Origin: Candidatus Hydrogenedentota bacterium
Lineage (GTDB): Bacteria > Hydrogenedentota > Hydrogenedentia > Hydrogenedentales > SLHB01
Assembly: GCA_963668025.2 (NCBI GenBank)
Contig: CAXXTH010000017.1
Location: 800,001-864,000 of the forward strand
DNA: 64,000 bases
Direction of reading: 5' to 3'
Part shown: piece after piece, positions 28,890 to 39,230 of the stretch
How the letters are laid out: each line of letters starts with the position of its first letter
Position numbering within the stretch: the first letter of the stretch is position 1
Notes under the pieces: model-generated
Told to the model about the DNA's origin: nothing
The model's database searches: none
The model's input: the letters and a program-made list of their open reading frames with translations, nothing else
Program-made: the position numbers and the translations under genes

Positions 28890-29060
28890 AAGCACAATTG
28901 GGACGCACACCCAATTCGCGATTCTATGCACATAATGTGAAAGGAGTGTTATTTCTTCGTACTACTATCTAGCAAAACGTTGTCTTCTTACAAGGATTTC
29001 CCTGATAAACCATTGCATATCAATTAGTTATGCCTGGACTATATAGGCATATTTCTTGAG

Positions 29061-29084
29061 CGGTGGGGCAAGCCCCACCCTACA
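29061..29084 (-). repeat. GTAG-type REP
   Basis: CGGTGGGGCAAGCCCCACCCTACA, identical to 26547-26570. Confidence 0.8.
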
Positions 29085-29137
29085 GATTTTAGTGTATTTG
29101 GCGGTTCACTTGATACGCAAAAAAAGAAACCGTTCTT

Positions 29138-29326
29138 TCAGCGCACCGCGACCAGGCAAACGCCTAATTCCTCTTCGAGCTGCTGAAGCTCTTCGAGCAT
29201 ATCGGCCGTGATGGGCGCGCTCGCCACTTCCATGTCTTTCATCGCCAGTAAGCGGACGCCCGCCGCTTGTTCGAACCGCTGCACCACTGACAATTGCGAT
29301 GGATCCAGTTGGGCTAATACAAACAT
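29138..29326 (-). CDS. 62-aa small protein with an internal duplication
   Basis: AGGAGG RBS; two similar halves ending 'FEQAAGVRLLAM' and 'LEEELGVCLVAV'. Confidence 0.75.
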   Translation of the reverse strand: MFVLAQLDPSQLSVVQRFEQAAGVRLLAMKDMEVASAPITADMLEELQQLEEELGVCLVAVR

Positions 29327-29353
29327 GGCGGCATCCTCCTTTTTTGTTCGCGG

Positions 29354-31255
29354 TCACGTCCCTGGCGGATTGCCGGGCGTGCGCTTGGGCACTTTCAGTT
29401 TGCTCCCTGTTCGCAAGATACTGTCTTCATTCATGCCATTCAATGTAGTCAGTTCACGTACCGAAATGCCATATTGCCGCGCCAAGCTGAATAAGGTTTC
29501 GCCGGACGCCACGATGTGGATATCCGTATCCTGAGCCGATACGGAGGGGGGGGGCGGGGGAGCAGGCCCTGGCTCCGGAGTGGGCGTAGGGGCGGGAGCC
29601 GGCGCTGGCGCTGGCGCGGGTGGGGTTTCTACATGCGGCGGCTCAGCAGGCGCGGATTCGGGAGCCGCCACCCTTAAAACTTGGCCAATCCGCACATTCG
29701 TATCCTTGAGCTGATTCCAATCGAGCAAGTTTTGCACTTTAACCTTATACCGGGCGGCAATGCCGCCGAGATGCTCGCCCGCCTGCACGGTATGCGAGGT
29801 GGCATTAGCGGGAGGCGCGGACGCGGGAGCTGGTGTGGGGGCGGGCGGCGGCGCGGCCTCGACGGCAGGCAGGGCATGGGCGGGCGCGATGGCCACTTGC
29901 GGCATGGCGGGCAGCGGCCCCGGCAACGGTTTCGGATTGCGCAGCCAGGCCTGCCAGGCATCGAGCCGCTTCATGCTTTCCTGCAATTGGGCGCGCGGAA
30001 TGCCGCCCTCGTTCACGGCCTTCTCGATGGCCTGGCACAAGCCGCGCACGCGATCAGGATTGCGCTCCACGAGGATAAATGCGTCATTGCCCGCCTCGAG
30101 CGCCTCGACGGCGGCCTCTTCCACTGGGCGTTCATTGGTGACGGCTTTCATGCTGATATCATCGCTCAGAATGACCCCCTGGTAGTCCCATCGCGCACGC
30201 AAGAAGCCATCCAGAATGGGGCGTGACAGTGAAGCGGGCTCTTTGGGATTGTCGGGATTCAGGGACGGCACGGCGATATGGCCCACCATGACGCCGGGAA
30301 TGCCCGCCGCCACGGCGTCGCTGAATGGCAGCATGATATCCGCCATGCCGCTTTTATTGCGCGCCAATACGGCGATAGTCTCATGGGAATCCTCGAGCGT
30401 CGAGCCATGGCCAGGGAAATGCTTCACCACCGAGAGTACGCCCCCATCCATGAGGCCGCTCGAAAACGCAAGGCCCATGGCCGAAACAATGCGGCTGTCG
30501 CTGCTGAAGCACCGTTCTTTGATGCGTTCATTGCCCCCTTCATCATACACGTCCAGCACAGGCGCGAAAACGACGCCGATGCCGATGGCGTGGCAGGCAT
30601 CGGCATAGATGCGGGCCACCGCCCGGGCTTTTTCGATATCCGCCAGCGCGCCTAATTGCCATGCGCCAGGCGCATCCTTGATGTTTAGTCGATTGACCGG
30701 ACCGCCTTCTTGATCAATGGCGATAAGCGGCAAATCGCCTATGCCCTCGCCCAGCCCCACGGCCGCCTTGATATCCTTAATCAACGCGCCCGCCTGCTTT
30801 TCCGACTGGAAATTCTCCGCGAGCAGCACCACGCCGCCGGGCTTGATTTCACCCAGCAGCGCCCGCGTTGCGCTATCCAGCGCCACGCCATCGATTGACA
30901 GAAACAAATGCCGTCCTGGCCAAACATCTGCTTCTTCTTCCAGCGGCTCCACTACGGGCGCAGGTTGGCTGGCGCTCGTTTCGGACGGCGCGGCGGCTGG
31001 GGTTTCGGGAGCAGGAACGGAAGGCGGCGCGGCCAAATCCGGTGTGGTGGGCGTTGGGGGCGTTTCGGGCGCAGGAGCCGCAGGCTCCGTTGCCGCTACT
31101 TCGATGGGTGCGGTTGTGTTGTCACGAAGCGGCATCTGCCGCTCCCCCCACAACATGTAGCCAATAATGACGCCGCCCGCCAAGCCAAACAAAAATAATC
31201 CGCCTGACACGGCATACCAAAGCAAGCTCCATGTGGATTTATGCGCTTCCGGCAC
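29354..31255 (-). CDS. membrane-anchored GH3 beta-N-acetylhexosaminidase (NagZ-like) with two C-terminal LysM domains
   Basis: N-terminal TM; IDQEGG, APVLD, KHFPGHGSTLEDSH, LSDD.SM; LysM repeats HTVQAGEHL.. and HIVASGETL..; Pro-rich linkers. Confidence 0.9.
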   Translation of the reverse strand: MPEAHKSTWSLLWYAVSGGLFLFGLAGGVIIGYMLWGERQMPLRDNTTAPIEVAATEPAAPAPETPPTPTTPDLAAPPSVPAPETPAAAPSETSASQPAPVVEPLEEEADVWPGRHLFLSIDGVALDSATRALLGEIKPGGVVLLAENFQSEKQAGALIKDIKAAVGLGEGIGDLPLIAIDQEGGPVNRLNIKDAPGAWQLGALADIEKARAVARIYADACHAIGIGVVFAPVLDVYDEGGNERIKERCFSSDSRIVSAMGLAFSSGLMDGGVLSVVKHFPGHGSTLEDSHETIAVLARNKSGMADIMLPFSDAVAAGIPGVMVGHIAVPSLNPDNPKEPASLSRPILDGFLRARWDYQGVILSDDISMKAVTNERPVEEAAVEALEAGNDAFILVERNPDRVRGLCQAIEKAVNEGGIPRAQLQESMKRLDAWQAWLRNPKPLPGPLPAMPQVAIAPAHALPAVEAAPPPAPTPAPASAPPANATSHTVQAGEHLGGIAARYKVKVQNLLDWNQLKDTNVRIGQVLRVAAPESAPAEPPHVETPPAPAPAPAPAPTPTPEPGPAPPPPPSVSAQDTDIHIVASGETLFSLARQYGISVRELTTLNGMNEDSILRTGSKLKVPKRTPGNPPGT

Positions 31256-31402
31256 TGATATGGCTCCCCTCTGCCTGCAACCTATCCCGCATTTCGGAAC
31301 CGCACGGCGAATGGCTTCCGAAAAAGAGTATACCCGTCCAATGTGCTTGCCTACCTTAGCATAGGAGCATGCGGGCTTTCACACGGCGCGGCGCGATGGA
31401 AT

Positions 31403-32368
31403 CTACTCGAGAACATGCAATGGGCCTTCATCGGCTGTTTGGTTCTGATGCCAGGCATATGCGGTTACTGGATGCAAGAGTGAATATCCAAGGCGCTGGT
31501 ACAGGCGCAGCGCGGGATTGGCGGCCGTGACGCCTAATGCGGCCCGGAACATGCCTGCCCTGCGAAACCATTCCGCCTGTTCACATAGCAGTTGCCCGCC
31601 GATGCCTTGGCCTTGAAATTCCGGCCGGACAACGGCTTGCAAGACGAATCCTATTCCCGGCGCGATTTCACATCCAAAAACGGCTCCCGCCGCCTGGTCT
31701 TCCCGGCGTATCATTCTGCAGAAGCTGGCGTCCGCCGGGCCGTATCTTCCCAATAAAGCGCCTTCGACAAATTGGAGGGCGGATTCCGCGCTGGACACTT
31801 CCCGGTGTAAAATGCGGTCCATATGGTTCTGATATGCTTCCGAGATGAGTGAGGCGACATCCTTCCAGTCGCGGCGGGTGATAGGCTTGCTTTGTATCCG
31901 CTTGGGAGCAGCCAACGCCAGCGAGTCCAGGCTGGCCTGCATGAGCAGGCGCGGCACGGCATGGAAATGGAGCACCGCCGCGCAAGCATCAAGATCGAGA
32001 GGGCACAAGGGCAGGCACTCGCACACGATGGCTTGCGCGCCACGCGCCTGTAGCGATTCAACGGCCTGGGCATACAATTGCGTTTCCTCACCGCATCCGG
32101 CATGTGAGCGAAGCACATGGATATAAGAAATCTGCCCGAAGCCATTCCTCAAGACGGTGATGAGCAGGGCTGCGGCGCGGGGGCCCTCCATGCAAGCCCA
32201 GGTTTCGGCGGCGGGAAAATCTACTGTGGCTTCGAGCATGGGATAGGCCTTCCGGCGGTAGGCCTCGCCCGCGGGTTTTCCATAAAGCCCCGCTAAGCCT
32301 TCTGCAATCTCATCAATGAAGCTTTCGCAATTCTCCGGAAGCGTGTGAATTCTCTTTACTGCATACAT
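31403..32368 (-). CDS. tandem GNAT family N-acetyltransferase
   Basis: VRPEFQGQGIG acetyl-CoA motif, NPALRLYQRLGY; degenerate N-terminal GNAT (VLRSHAGCG); start at MYAVKR. Confidence 0.85.
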   Translation of the reverse strand: MYAVKRIHTLPENCESFIDEIAEGLAGLYGKPAGEAYRRKAYPMLEATVDFPAAETWACMEGPRAAALLITVLRNGFGQISYIHVLRSHAGCGEETQLYAQAVESLQARGAQAIVCECLPLCPLDLDACAAVLHFHAVPRLLMQASLDSLALAAPKRIQSKPITRRDWKDVASLISEAYQNHMDRILHREVSSAESALQFVEGALLGRYGPADASFCRMIRREDQAAGAVFGCEIAPGIGFVLQAVVRPEFQGQGIGGQLLCEQAEWFRRAGMFRAALGVTAANPALRLYQRLGYSLLHPVTAYAWHQNQTADEGPLHVLE

Positions 32369-32459
32369 AAGCGCGCCCCTTAGATTGAATGCATGGTATC
32401 TTCCTGGCCGCTTCACAGGCAAATTGTTGAAAGTGCGCATGGAAACGAGAAGAACGGCA

Positions 32460-32504
32460 TTGACGGGATGGCCAGCGCCTTCATATAATTAGGGAGACTA
32501 ATTA
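32460..32504 (+). promoter_or_regulatory. sigma70 promoter overlapped by a palindromic operator (probable MarR autoregulation)
   Basis: TTGACG-N18-TATAAT; TAATTAG-ggaga-CTAATTA inverted repeat at 32486-32504. Confidence 0.7.
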
Positions 32505-32521
32505 AAAGGCAAACTAATGAT

Positions 32522-33019
32522 TTGGAGCGCACGGTTGTGAGACAGGATTCAGTGGAACAGGCGCGGCTGCTTTTCGAGACTTCAGAGCTGCTTCGAGATT
32601 TTGTGGTGCGCAAACATATGGCGCACATGCGGGCGAATGGGGAGCCGGAAATTGATATAACGGTGCCGCAGATGCATGCCTTGCACATTATCCGTACACA
32701 AAAAAAAGTGAGCATAAAAGAACTAGCGGCGGCGGCGAATGTGTCCGCGCCTTCGGCTTCGGCAATGGTGGACCGTCTCCTAGAGATGGGCATGGTGTCG
32801 CGGGAGCCTAATCCAGCAGATCGCCGTGAGGTCGTGGTGCGTCTTACCGATGAATCAAAGGCCATCATAATGGAAATCGAGCAGCATGTGCTGGGTTCGC
32901 TTGCGGATTTATTCGTGGAAATTGGGCCAGAATATACCAGACTGTGGCAGCAGGTTTATGGGAAAATCCATGGTGTATTGTCGGAAAAGCTACGTTCGAG
33001 GATAGCGGGAAATGATTGA
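32522..33019 (+). CDS. MarR family transcriptional regulator
   Basis: ITVPQMHAL, ELA...VSAPSASAMVDRL..GMVSR...DRREVVVRLT; TTG start. Confidence 0.92.
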   Translation: MERTVVRQDSVEQARLLFETSELLRDFVVRKHMAHMRANGEPEIDITVPQMHALHIIRTQKKVSIKELAAAANVSAPSASAMVDRLLEMGMVSREPNPADRREVVVRLTDESKAIIMEIEQHVLGSLADLFVEIGPEYTRLWQQVYGKIHGVLSEKLRSRIAGND

Positions 33020-33099
33020 ATGGCGCTCAGTGCGCAGGCCGTAAGGGGAGCTATGTGTCGGCATAACAAGGCTGCCTGTTCAAGGAAGCGGAGTCGTTT

Positions 33100-34452
33100 A
33101 TGAAAGCATTGTTTAAAAAGATCCTGACGCGCATCGAGCTCGTGGTGGCTTGTGTGCTGGTTCTGGTGGGGGGCGTTGCCGCCCTGGTGCTAATGCCGCT
33201 GCTCAAACAAGAGCCCCCGAAGGCGAAGAGTGCTGAGCAGGCGATTTTTGTGGAGGCCGTGGCCGTCCAGCCAGAAGATGTGCCGGTGGTTCTCAAGGGA
33301 TATGGGGAAGTGCGCGTTAGGAACCAAGTAAGCATCACGCCGGAGGTGCCGGGGCGTATAGCGGAGGTGCATCCCCGCATGGATGTGGGCGAGGTGATAC
33401 CGAAAGGAGAGGTCCTGTTCCGCATCGAGCCAGGCACATATGAGGCCCAGCTTGCGGATTCCACGGCGGCGGCGCGGCAATTGGCGGATAGCGTCCACCG
33501 CCTGGAAGTGCAATACGCCGCGGACCAGGCGCGTTTGGAAACGATGCAACGCACCTGCGAATTGTCGAAGAATGAATTTGAGCGGGCAAAAAGCCTTTTC
33601 GAGAAAGACGAGGTAGGAACAAAGTCAGGGGTCGAGCAGGCCGAGCAGGCATATAACAGCACCAAAGACGCCGTGGACCAGATGGAGAGCCAATTAAAGG
33701 TGTATCCGATTCAGATCGCGGAGGCGAAGAGTTCGAGCGCCGCCGCCGAGGCGCGGATACAGCTCAATGCGCTGAATCTCGAGCGCACCGTGGTGGTGGC
33801 TCCATTTGATGCGCGGATTGTGTCGCAAAGTGTGGAGGCTGGGCAGTATGTGTCGCCTGGCGCGCCTGTGCTCGAGTTGGCGGATGATTCGCTGCTCGAG
33901 ATATCCACGCCGCTGAATAGTAAAGAAGCGAGGAACTGGCTCGATTTCGGAGGGCAAAACGAGAATGATGCGGCGTGGTTCCAGCATCTAACGCCGCTCG
34001 AGTGTACGGTTCAGTGGACGGAAGATCCGGGCCATCATTGGAAGGGAACGCTGCACCGGGTTGAAAAAGTGGATGAGAACACCCGGACCATCTACGTCGC
34101 GGTGCGCATCGAAGGCGCGCATGCCTTGGCGGCTGAAGGCGATGGATTGCCCCTGGTGGCGGGGATGTTCTGCGAAGTGGGTATTCCAGGAAAAACACTG
34201 AAACAAGCCTACCGGCTGCCGCGCACGGCGGTGAGCTTTGAAGGCACGGTGCATTTGGTGGTGTCGAGTGGCGAAGGAGAAACCCGCCTGAAGACAGCGC
34301 CCGTCACACTGGCGTATGAGGAAGGCGGCATGGCTTATGTCAGCGAAGGCTTATCGCCTGGGGACAAGGTTATTACGACGCGCCTGGTGAATCCGCTCGA
34401 GAACGCCCTCGTTCAAATAAAAACCAAAGATGCCGGGGAGGCGGCCTCATGA
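33100..34452 (+). CDS. RND efflux periplasmic adaptor (MFP)
   Basis: N-terminal TM, PEVPGRI, coiled hairpin, APFDARI, GQYV, GLSPGDKVI. Confidence 0.92.
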   Translation: MKALFKKILTRIELVVACVLVLVGGVAALVLMPLLKQEPPKAKSAEQAIFVEAVAVQPEDVPVVLKGYGEVRVRNQVSITPEVPGRIAEVHPRMDVGEVIPKGEVLFRIEPGTYEAQLADSTAAARQLADSVHRLEVQYAADQARLETMQRTCELSKNEFERAKSLFEKDEVGTKSGVEQAEQAYNSTKDAVDQMESQLKVYPIQIAEAKSSSAAAEARIQLNALNLERTVVVAPFDARIVSQSVEAGQYVSPGAPVLELADDSLLEISTPLNSKEARNWLDFGGQNENDAAWFQHLTPLECTVQWTEDPGHHWKGTLHRVEKVDENTRTIYVAVRIEGAHALAAEGDGLPLVAGMFCEVGIPGKTLKQAYRLPRTAVSFEGTVHLVVSSGEGETRLKTAPVTLAYEEGGMAYVSEGLSPGDKVITTRLVNPLENALVQIKTKDAGEAAS

Positions 34453-37400
34453 GGCAATTATTGGCCGCATTCGCGCGTAATACGGTATTTGCGAACATTT
34501 TAACGCTTGCGGCGCTATTAACCGGCGTAGCGGCATCGGTGAATATGGTTCGCGAGATGTTCCCCGAGATGAGTATCGACATGGTCACCGTTAGCGTGGT
34601 GTATCCGGGCGCTGACCCAGAAGAGGTCGAGGAAGGCATTTGCCGGAAAATAGAAGAGGCGATTGATGGGCTCGAGGGAATCAAGAAGTATACGACGACC
34701 TCCCAGGAAAATATGGGTTCGGCTGTCATCGAACTGGTCGAGGGCTTTGATGCCCGCAAGGCGAAAGACGACATCAAAACCCGCATTGATGCGATTTCGA
34801 CGTTTCCCGTGGATGCGGAGCGGCCCATCGTCAACGAAGTGACTTATAGGCAGGAAGTGCTCTCGCTGGCCCTTTCCGGCCCGCTGGAAGAGCGGACCAT
34901 GAAGGAATGGGCGGAAAAGGTCAAGGATGAGATCCGCAATCTGCCCGGCGTGACGCAGGCGACGGTGAATGGCACGCGGGATTACGAGATCTCCATCGAG
35001 GTGTCTGAAGAACGGCTGCGGGAGTATGGCCTCACCTTTGATCAAGTGGCGAATGCCGTCCGGACAAGCAACCTGAATCAAGCGGGTGGAACGGTGCGCA
35101 CGAAAGGGGAGGAAATCCGCCTGCGCACGATGGGCCGGAAATACTGGGGCAACGAATTCGAGAATATCGTGCTGCTGGCGAAACCCACGGGCGAGGTCAT
35201 CCGGCTTGGGCAAATCGCCACGGTGAAAGACGGATTCATTGAGGAACCGCTTATGTCGCGGTTTAATGGCGAGCCCGCCGCCCTGGTGACTGTAGCGAAA
35301 ACCTCCGAAGAAGACGCCATCGACATATCGAATAAAGTTAAGGCGTATGTGGCGAAGAAACAGCAGGCGCTTCCACCGGGGCTGCATATTTCCGTGTTAA
35401 ATGACATGTCCACGATGATCCAGGATCGTATCGATTTATTACTGAGCAATGGGCGGTTCGGCCTCACGATTGTGTTCATCTTATTATGGTTGTTTCTCGA
35501 TTTGCGGCTCAGTTTCTGGGCGGCGATGGGGATCCCCATATCGCTTTCGGGCGGATTGGCGATCATGTGGCTGCTGGGCGGCACGCTCAACATGATCTCG
35601 CTATTCGGGCTTATCATGGTGCTGGGCATCGTCGTGGATGACGCCATCGTGGTGGGCGAGGCGATATATGTACACCGGAAAAAGCGGCAAGAGCGCCCTG
35701 GCCGCCGCCGTGGATGGCGTGATGGAAGTGGGAATGCCCGTCGTAGGAGCGGTGACCACGACGCTGGTGGCGTTTGTGCCGCTCATGTTCGTCGGGGGCA
35801 TCATGGGCAAGTTCATCCGGATTTTGCCCATAGCAGTGATCAGTGCGCTCTCGATTTCATTGTTAGAATGCCTATTCATGCTGCCCTCACACTTAAGCCA
35901 TCTGCCAGATCCAAACGCCCCGAGCTGGCTCCAGCGGCATGATTCCAAATGGAGCGGGCATTACTTGCTTGCTCCGTTCCGTTTCTTGAGTGCGTTCCGG
36001 GAGCGCGTGAGCGGGGGTATGGATTGGTTCATCGAGCACATGTATATGCCGTTCTTGAGGCGGGTGATTCGCGTCCGGTATCTCTCCATGTGTGTCGCTA
36101 TTGCGGTGTTCTTGTTTACGATCAGCTTAATCAGCGCGGGATATGTGAAGTTTGTGCTTTTTTCGGATGTGGACGGCGATATGCTGACGGCCACCATCGA
36201 GTTTCCTAACGGCACGCCAATAGAGAAGACGGAACAAGCCGTACTGCGGCTGGAAGATGCGATTCACAAGGTGGCCGAAAAGGCCAAAACCGCCAGCGGC
36301 GAGCCGTTGCTTACAAACCTATATAGCGTCGTGGGCGGCATTATCAGCGATGATCCCTTTGCGGGCGGAGGCTCGGGAACGCCGTATAAAGGCTCCGTCC
36401 GGGCGCAATTGCTGGAATCGCAATTCCGGGGATTATCCTCGGAAGCCCTTAAATACGAATGGGAGCGCGAGACGGGCGACATACCGGGCGTGGTGTCGTT
36501 TACCATAGAAGGCCAAGGCGGAGGCCCCCCGGGCAAGCCCATCGAGGTTTGGGTGCAAGGCCAGGATATGAATACGATTCTCGCGGCTGCGGACGAATTG
36601 AAAGTGCATTTGGCCCAGTATACGGGCGTTTCCCAGATTGAGACCGATTTTCGCCCCGGTAAAAATGAGATTAAGTTTGAGCTGAAGCCGGAAGCGCATA
36701 CGTTGGGCATCACGGTGTCGGATCTGGCGCAGCAAGTCTACTCGGGATTTTATGGAGAAGAGGCGCTGCGGCTCCAGCGCGGGCGCGATGATGTCCGTGT
36801 GCGCGTGCGGTATCCCTTGGATGAACGGAAAACGCTGGCCGATCTCGAGCAGGTGCGCATACGCACGCCACAAGGCTATGAAGTCCCGCTACAGACCGTG
36901 GCGTCGGCGTCGTATGGCCCAGGCTATGCCAGCATCATCCGCACGAATGCCATGCGCCGGGTAGCCGTGACGGCGGATGTGGATAAGGAACGTGCGAATA
37001 CGAATGAGGTGATCGCGGACTTGCAGGAGAATTATTTCGATACGCTCATTTCCCATTATCCGGGATTGTCCGTATCGGTTGAAGGGTCCCAACGCGATAC
37101 GACTGAATCACTCAACTCTTTATATATAGGATTTCCGCTGGCGCTGGTAGGCATATTCGTGATCATCGCCACAATCTTCCGCTCCTACATGCAGCCGTTT
37201 ATTATCATGTTCACGGTGCCCTTTGGCATCATCGGCGCGATCTTCGCGCATCTGCTGATGGGGTATGATGTCACGATGATGAGCCTGTTCGGCATCGTGG
37301 CGCTGGCGGGCGTGGTGGTTAATGACGCCATTGTGCTGATCGAGTGCGTAAATGATTATTTGGCTGAAGGCGCTCCATTTTATAAGGCCATCGAACTTGG

Positions 37401-37740
37401 CGGCACCCGGCGGTTCCGGGCGATTTTTTTGACATCTGTGACGACCGTAGGCGGGCTTGTTTCGCTCATATTCGCCAAAGACATGCAGGCGAAATTCTTG
37501 GTGCCCATGGCGCTGTCCCTTGCAGCCGGCGTGGGCTTCGCCACCATCCTTACCTTGTTATTGATCCCATGCCTGATGGGCATCCTAAATGATTTCCGCC
37601 GCATTGCCCGGCGCATGATCTCTGGCGTGTGGCTGGCCCCGGAAGAAGTCGAACCCGCACGGTTCCGTAATGATGAATTGCTCAGTCTAGACTCCGCGCC
37701 ACAGCCGGAAAAGCCAGCGGCGGCGCTGGATTCGGATTAA
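34449..37740 (+). pseudogene. AcrB/AcrD-family RND permease split by a single +1 frameshift (real lesion or sequencing error)
   Basis: The first ORF holds TM4 GIVVDDAIVVGE and then loses frame at A5 (35679-35683); removing one A gives ..HRKSGKSAL.. and joins the 35638-37740 ORF (GVVVNDAI, RFRAIFLTS). Confidence 0.85.
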
Positions 37741-37754
37741 AGGAGAAGCATGCC

Positions 37755-39227
37755 ATGCACTCAATCATGTTGGCGGTGATTCTGTCTTCGCTGGCGGCCG
37801 CCCAGGCGGAAGAGCCAGCGGGTATTCCCGCCGTGCTAGACCTTGCCACGGCGCAGCAGATCGCCCTGCGGGACAATCCTTCACTGCAAGCCGCAGCGGA
37901 ACGCGTGGCGCAGGCCCGGGAGCGGATCAAGCAAGCGCGGTCCGCTTATTTTCCTATGGTGGATGCCACGGCAAGCGCGTCGAATACGTGGCTGAGCGAT
38001 AACAGCTTGGATAGTGCGCGCGGTGAGGCGTTTCGAGGTGCGCTCCAGAGCGGCGCGGCCACGGCCAGCCTATCGCCTACAGGCGGAGCCGCCGAGCTTC
38101 CTTTGTTGACAGTATTTGGAAACTATGCGGGAGCCTATGCGGACGCCATGAAGGCGCATGCGGCGGTGGATAATGATTATAGCAGCTATAACGCCGCCGT
38201 GACGGCGCAATGGCTGCTGTTTGATGGTTTCGAGCGCAAGTTTAAGTATGCGGCTGCGAAGTTCAATTCCCAGGAATTCGAGGCAGCCTATGACGAGTCG
38301 CGCCGCTTGTTGCTGTCGGCGGTGGCGTCGAGTTATTACTCGGCAGCGCTGGCGCGCGAAAACATCACCATTGCCGAGGCGGATGAAGCATTTAACGCGC
38401 GGCAGCTCAAGGATGCCAATGCCCGGCGCTCCGTGGGCTCGGGAAGCCTGAGCGATGTGTTGAACTTTGAAGTGCAGGCAAACGCGGCGCGCGCCAGCCG
38501 GATTTCGGCGGAGAACAGCTATGCGTTGTCGCGGCTCGGGCTGGCAAGCCTATTGGGGCTGCCGGAAGGCGCGTTGCCAGCAGAAACCGAGATCGCCCCG
38601 CTGCCGGAAGAATGCCTGGAGGAAATGCAGGAGCCCCAGGCGGAAGAACGAATCAGTTATGCGCTCGAACACCGGCCCGATTTGCATCAGAGCGCGTATG
38701 CCGTCGAGCGCGCCGATGCCACCGTGAAAGCAAGTCGCGCACCGTTCTATCCAACCGTGAGCGTATCGCTGTCGCAAGCGGCCTCCACGACGGAGCGGAA
38801 ACCCGATATGAATGATTTCGCCACCTCAGTGGGATTGAATGTAAGCTATTCGCTGTATGCGGGCGGGCGAAATAAAGCGCTGTTGATGGAGGCGAAGTCC
38901 GCCAAGAGGGAAGCGGAATTCCAATGGAGCGATGCGCAAATCGGCGTGGTGTCCGATGTGCGCCAGCAAATCGAGAATGTCCTGGCGGCCCAGAAGCAGC
39001 TCGCGCTTCAACGGGCCAATGCCGTTTTTGTCCAGAAAAACCGGGATTTGGTCGAGAAGGAATACAACGCGGGCCAAACATCGCTCGTGCGGCTCAACGA
39101 AGCCCAGCGCGACTTGACATCCGCCCAGGGGCAGCTTGCCCAAGCCCGCGTGGCGCTGCGCCAGGCGTGGCATGATCTGCGCACGGCCATGGGCGCTACG
39201 CTCGAAACATGCACGGAGGAAAATTAA
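37755..39227 (+). CDS. TolC family outer-membrane efflux protein
   Basis: Signal peptide; ALRDNPSL, YFP, WLLFDG, ALEHRPDL, YNAG OEP repeats. Confidence 0.92.
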   Translation: MHSIMLAVILSSLAAAQAEEPAGIPAVLDLATAQQIALRDNPSLQAAAERVAQARERIKQARSAYFPMVDATASASNTWLSDNSLDSARGEAFRGALQSGAATASLSPTGGAAELPLLTVFGNYAGAYADAMKAHAAVDNDYSSYNAAVTAQWLLFDGFERKFKYAAAKFNSQEFEAAYDESRRLLLSAVASSYYSAALARENITIAEADEAFNARQLKDANARRSVGSGSLSDVLNFEVQANAARASRISAENSYALSRLGLASLLGLPEGALPAETEIAPLPEECLEEMQEPQAEERISYALEHRPDLHQSAYAVERADATVKASRAPFYPTVSVSLSQAASTTERKPDMNDFATSVGLNVSYSLYAGGRNKALLMEAKSAKREAEFQWSDAQIGVVSDVRQQIENVLAAQKQLALQRANAVFVQKNRDLVEKEYNAGQTSLVRLNEAQRDLTSAQGQLAQARVALRQAWHDLRTAMGATLETCTEEN

Positions 39228-39230
39228 TTC

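Larger units (their letters stand above)
27115..28912 (+). mobile_element. complete ISKra4-like insertion sequence, 1798 bp
   Basis: IRL GGGTGTGCGCCATGATTGTGTTTC; IRR reverse complement GGGTGTGCGTCCCAATTGTGCTTTC; 9-bp target duplication AATTCGCGA at 27106-27114 and 28913-28921. Confidence 0.93.
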
